From: a virus
Lineage: Duplodnaviria; Heunggongvirae; Uroviricota; Caudoviricetes
Strand: one strand, 5' to 3'
IMG/VR virus record: IMGVR_UViG_3300001493_000033
DNA: 6,692 nt
Under the pieces are notes generated by a model, which was not told the DNA's origin, did no database searches, and saw only the letters and a list, made by a program, of their open reading frames with translations. Of this stretch, positions 6,174 to 6,692 are shown one piece after another (the first letter of the stretch is position 1; every line of letters starts with the position of its first letter). Position numbers and translations under genes: made by a program.

Positions 6174-6461
6174 GCCTCCGTTAGATAGCAGGTTACGCTA
6201 TCGCCGGAGTTCTCACGCTCGATGGCGATAGCCCAGACGGGGGTGAGAATACCGGCTCTAACGGATACCGGCCAGCCCGGAGGCTGCCCCGCCTGAGCTA
6301 CCATTGACTCAGTGGCATAACATGCGATTGCAAACAGGATCATACCTGCACGGCAAACCACACGCCACACCATAATCTGGCGCTCTGTGGCGTTGATTGC
6401 GACACAAAAAAAGACGCATGGCGCGTCATATGTCGCCGTTAGATTGCTCGGGTTCTCACGC
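6174..6461 (-). ncRNA. Variant P4-type immunity region (seqA-, seqB-, seqC-like sites with altered but mutually complementary sequences)
   Basis: seqC-like ccgttagatagc (6178-6189) and gttctcacgc (6209-6218); seqB-like gtgagaa (6243-6249) and tctaacgg (6257-6264); seqA-like 6436-6461; hairpin gctatcgcc/ggcgatagc (6197-6205/6224-6232); UCCG-loop hairpin 6273-6286; terminator 6406-6427. Confidence 0.5.
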
Positions 6462-6555
6462 CCGGCTGCCGATTTTGCGGCAGCGGAAAAACTATATCCG
6501 CAAATGCCGGAAAAAGGCAAGCCAGAAAAAGGGAGTTTTTGCAGAACAGGCATCA

Positions 6556-6692
6556 TCATGCGTCGTACCCCCGTTTGCGTCCGGCGATGCGCCCGGCCAT
6601 CCATGCAGTGACTTCAGAGTGCAGCCAGGCCACATTTTTACCGCCAAGACTCACCTGCGGCGGAAATTCCCCCTTACGGATGAGTTCATAGA
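6556..6692 (-). CDS. alpA: AlpA/Vis-family regulator, second copy, C-terminal part only (5-prime end beyond window)
   Basis: Near-identical to 4528-4664; stop codon at 6558-6556. Confidence 0.75.
   Translation of the reverse strand, partial: YELIRKGEFPPQVSLGGKNVAWLHSEVTAWMAGRIAGRKRGYDA

Larger units (their letters stand above)
5942..6692. mobile_element. Fragment of a second P4-family element (or second contig): Kil-like gene, variant immunity region, 3-prime end of AlpA/Vis
   Basis: 5942-6178 is near-identical to 3950-4186; the sequence then diverges through the immunity region and rejoins at the conserved terminator, promoter and AlpA 3-prime end. Confidence 0.6.

Noticed and set aside
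6387-6611. 74-aa plus-strand ORF in the second copy
   Set aside because: Spans the conserved terminator, candidate promoter and the AlpA 3-prime end on the opposite strand; equivalent to the rejected plus-strand ORFs of copy 1.

Overview
This window reads as the early/replication region of a P4-family satellite phage, in a low-quality scaffold (two runs of 10 N at 3442-3451 and 5932-5941, plus scattered single n). On the minus strand there is a tightly packed, translationally coupled operon: AlpA/Vis-like regulator (88 aa), a non-coding RNA immunity region, a Kil-position small ORF (65 aa), an epsilon-position ORF (95 aa, GTG start), an orf151-like ORF (151 aa once an assembly duplication is collapsed), a 106-aa ORF, and the alpha primase-helicase (777 aa) followed by an intrinsic terminator. 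Two clusters of TGTTCACC/GGTGAACA octamers sit about 4.9 kb apart, just downstream of alpha (crr-like) and upstream of the regulator (ori-like). Two TGT-N12-ACA dyads lie in the divergent promoter region, and a Sid/Psu-family late gene starts on the plus strand and runs into the second gap. After that gap the Kil-like gene, immunity region and AlpA 3-prime end appear again, but with different immunity sequences whose complementarity is preserved by compensatory changes. I regard that RNA immunity triad, in two specificities, as the most interesting content. No integrase, att site, CRISPR array, tRNA or rRNA is visible. All family assignments are from motifs and gene order recalled from P4 biology, not from any search.
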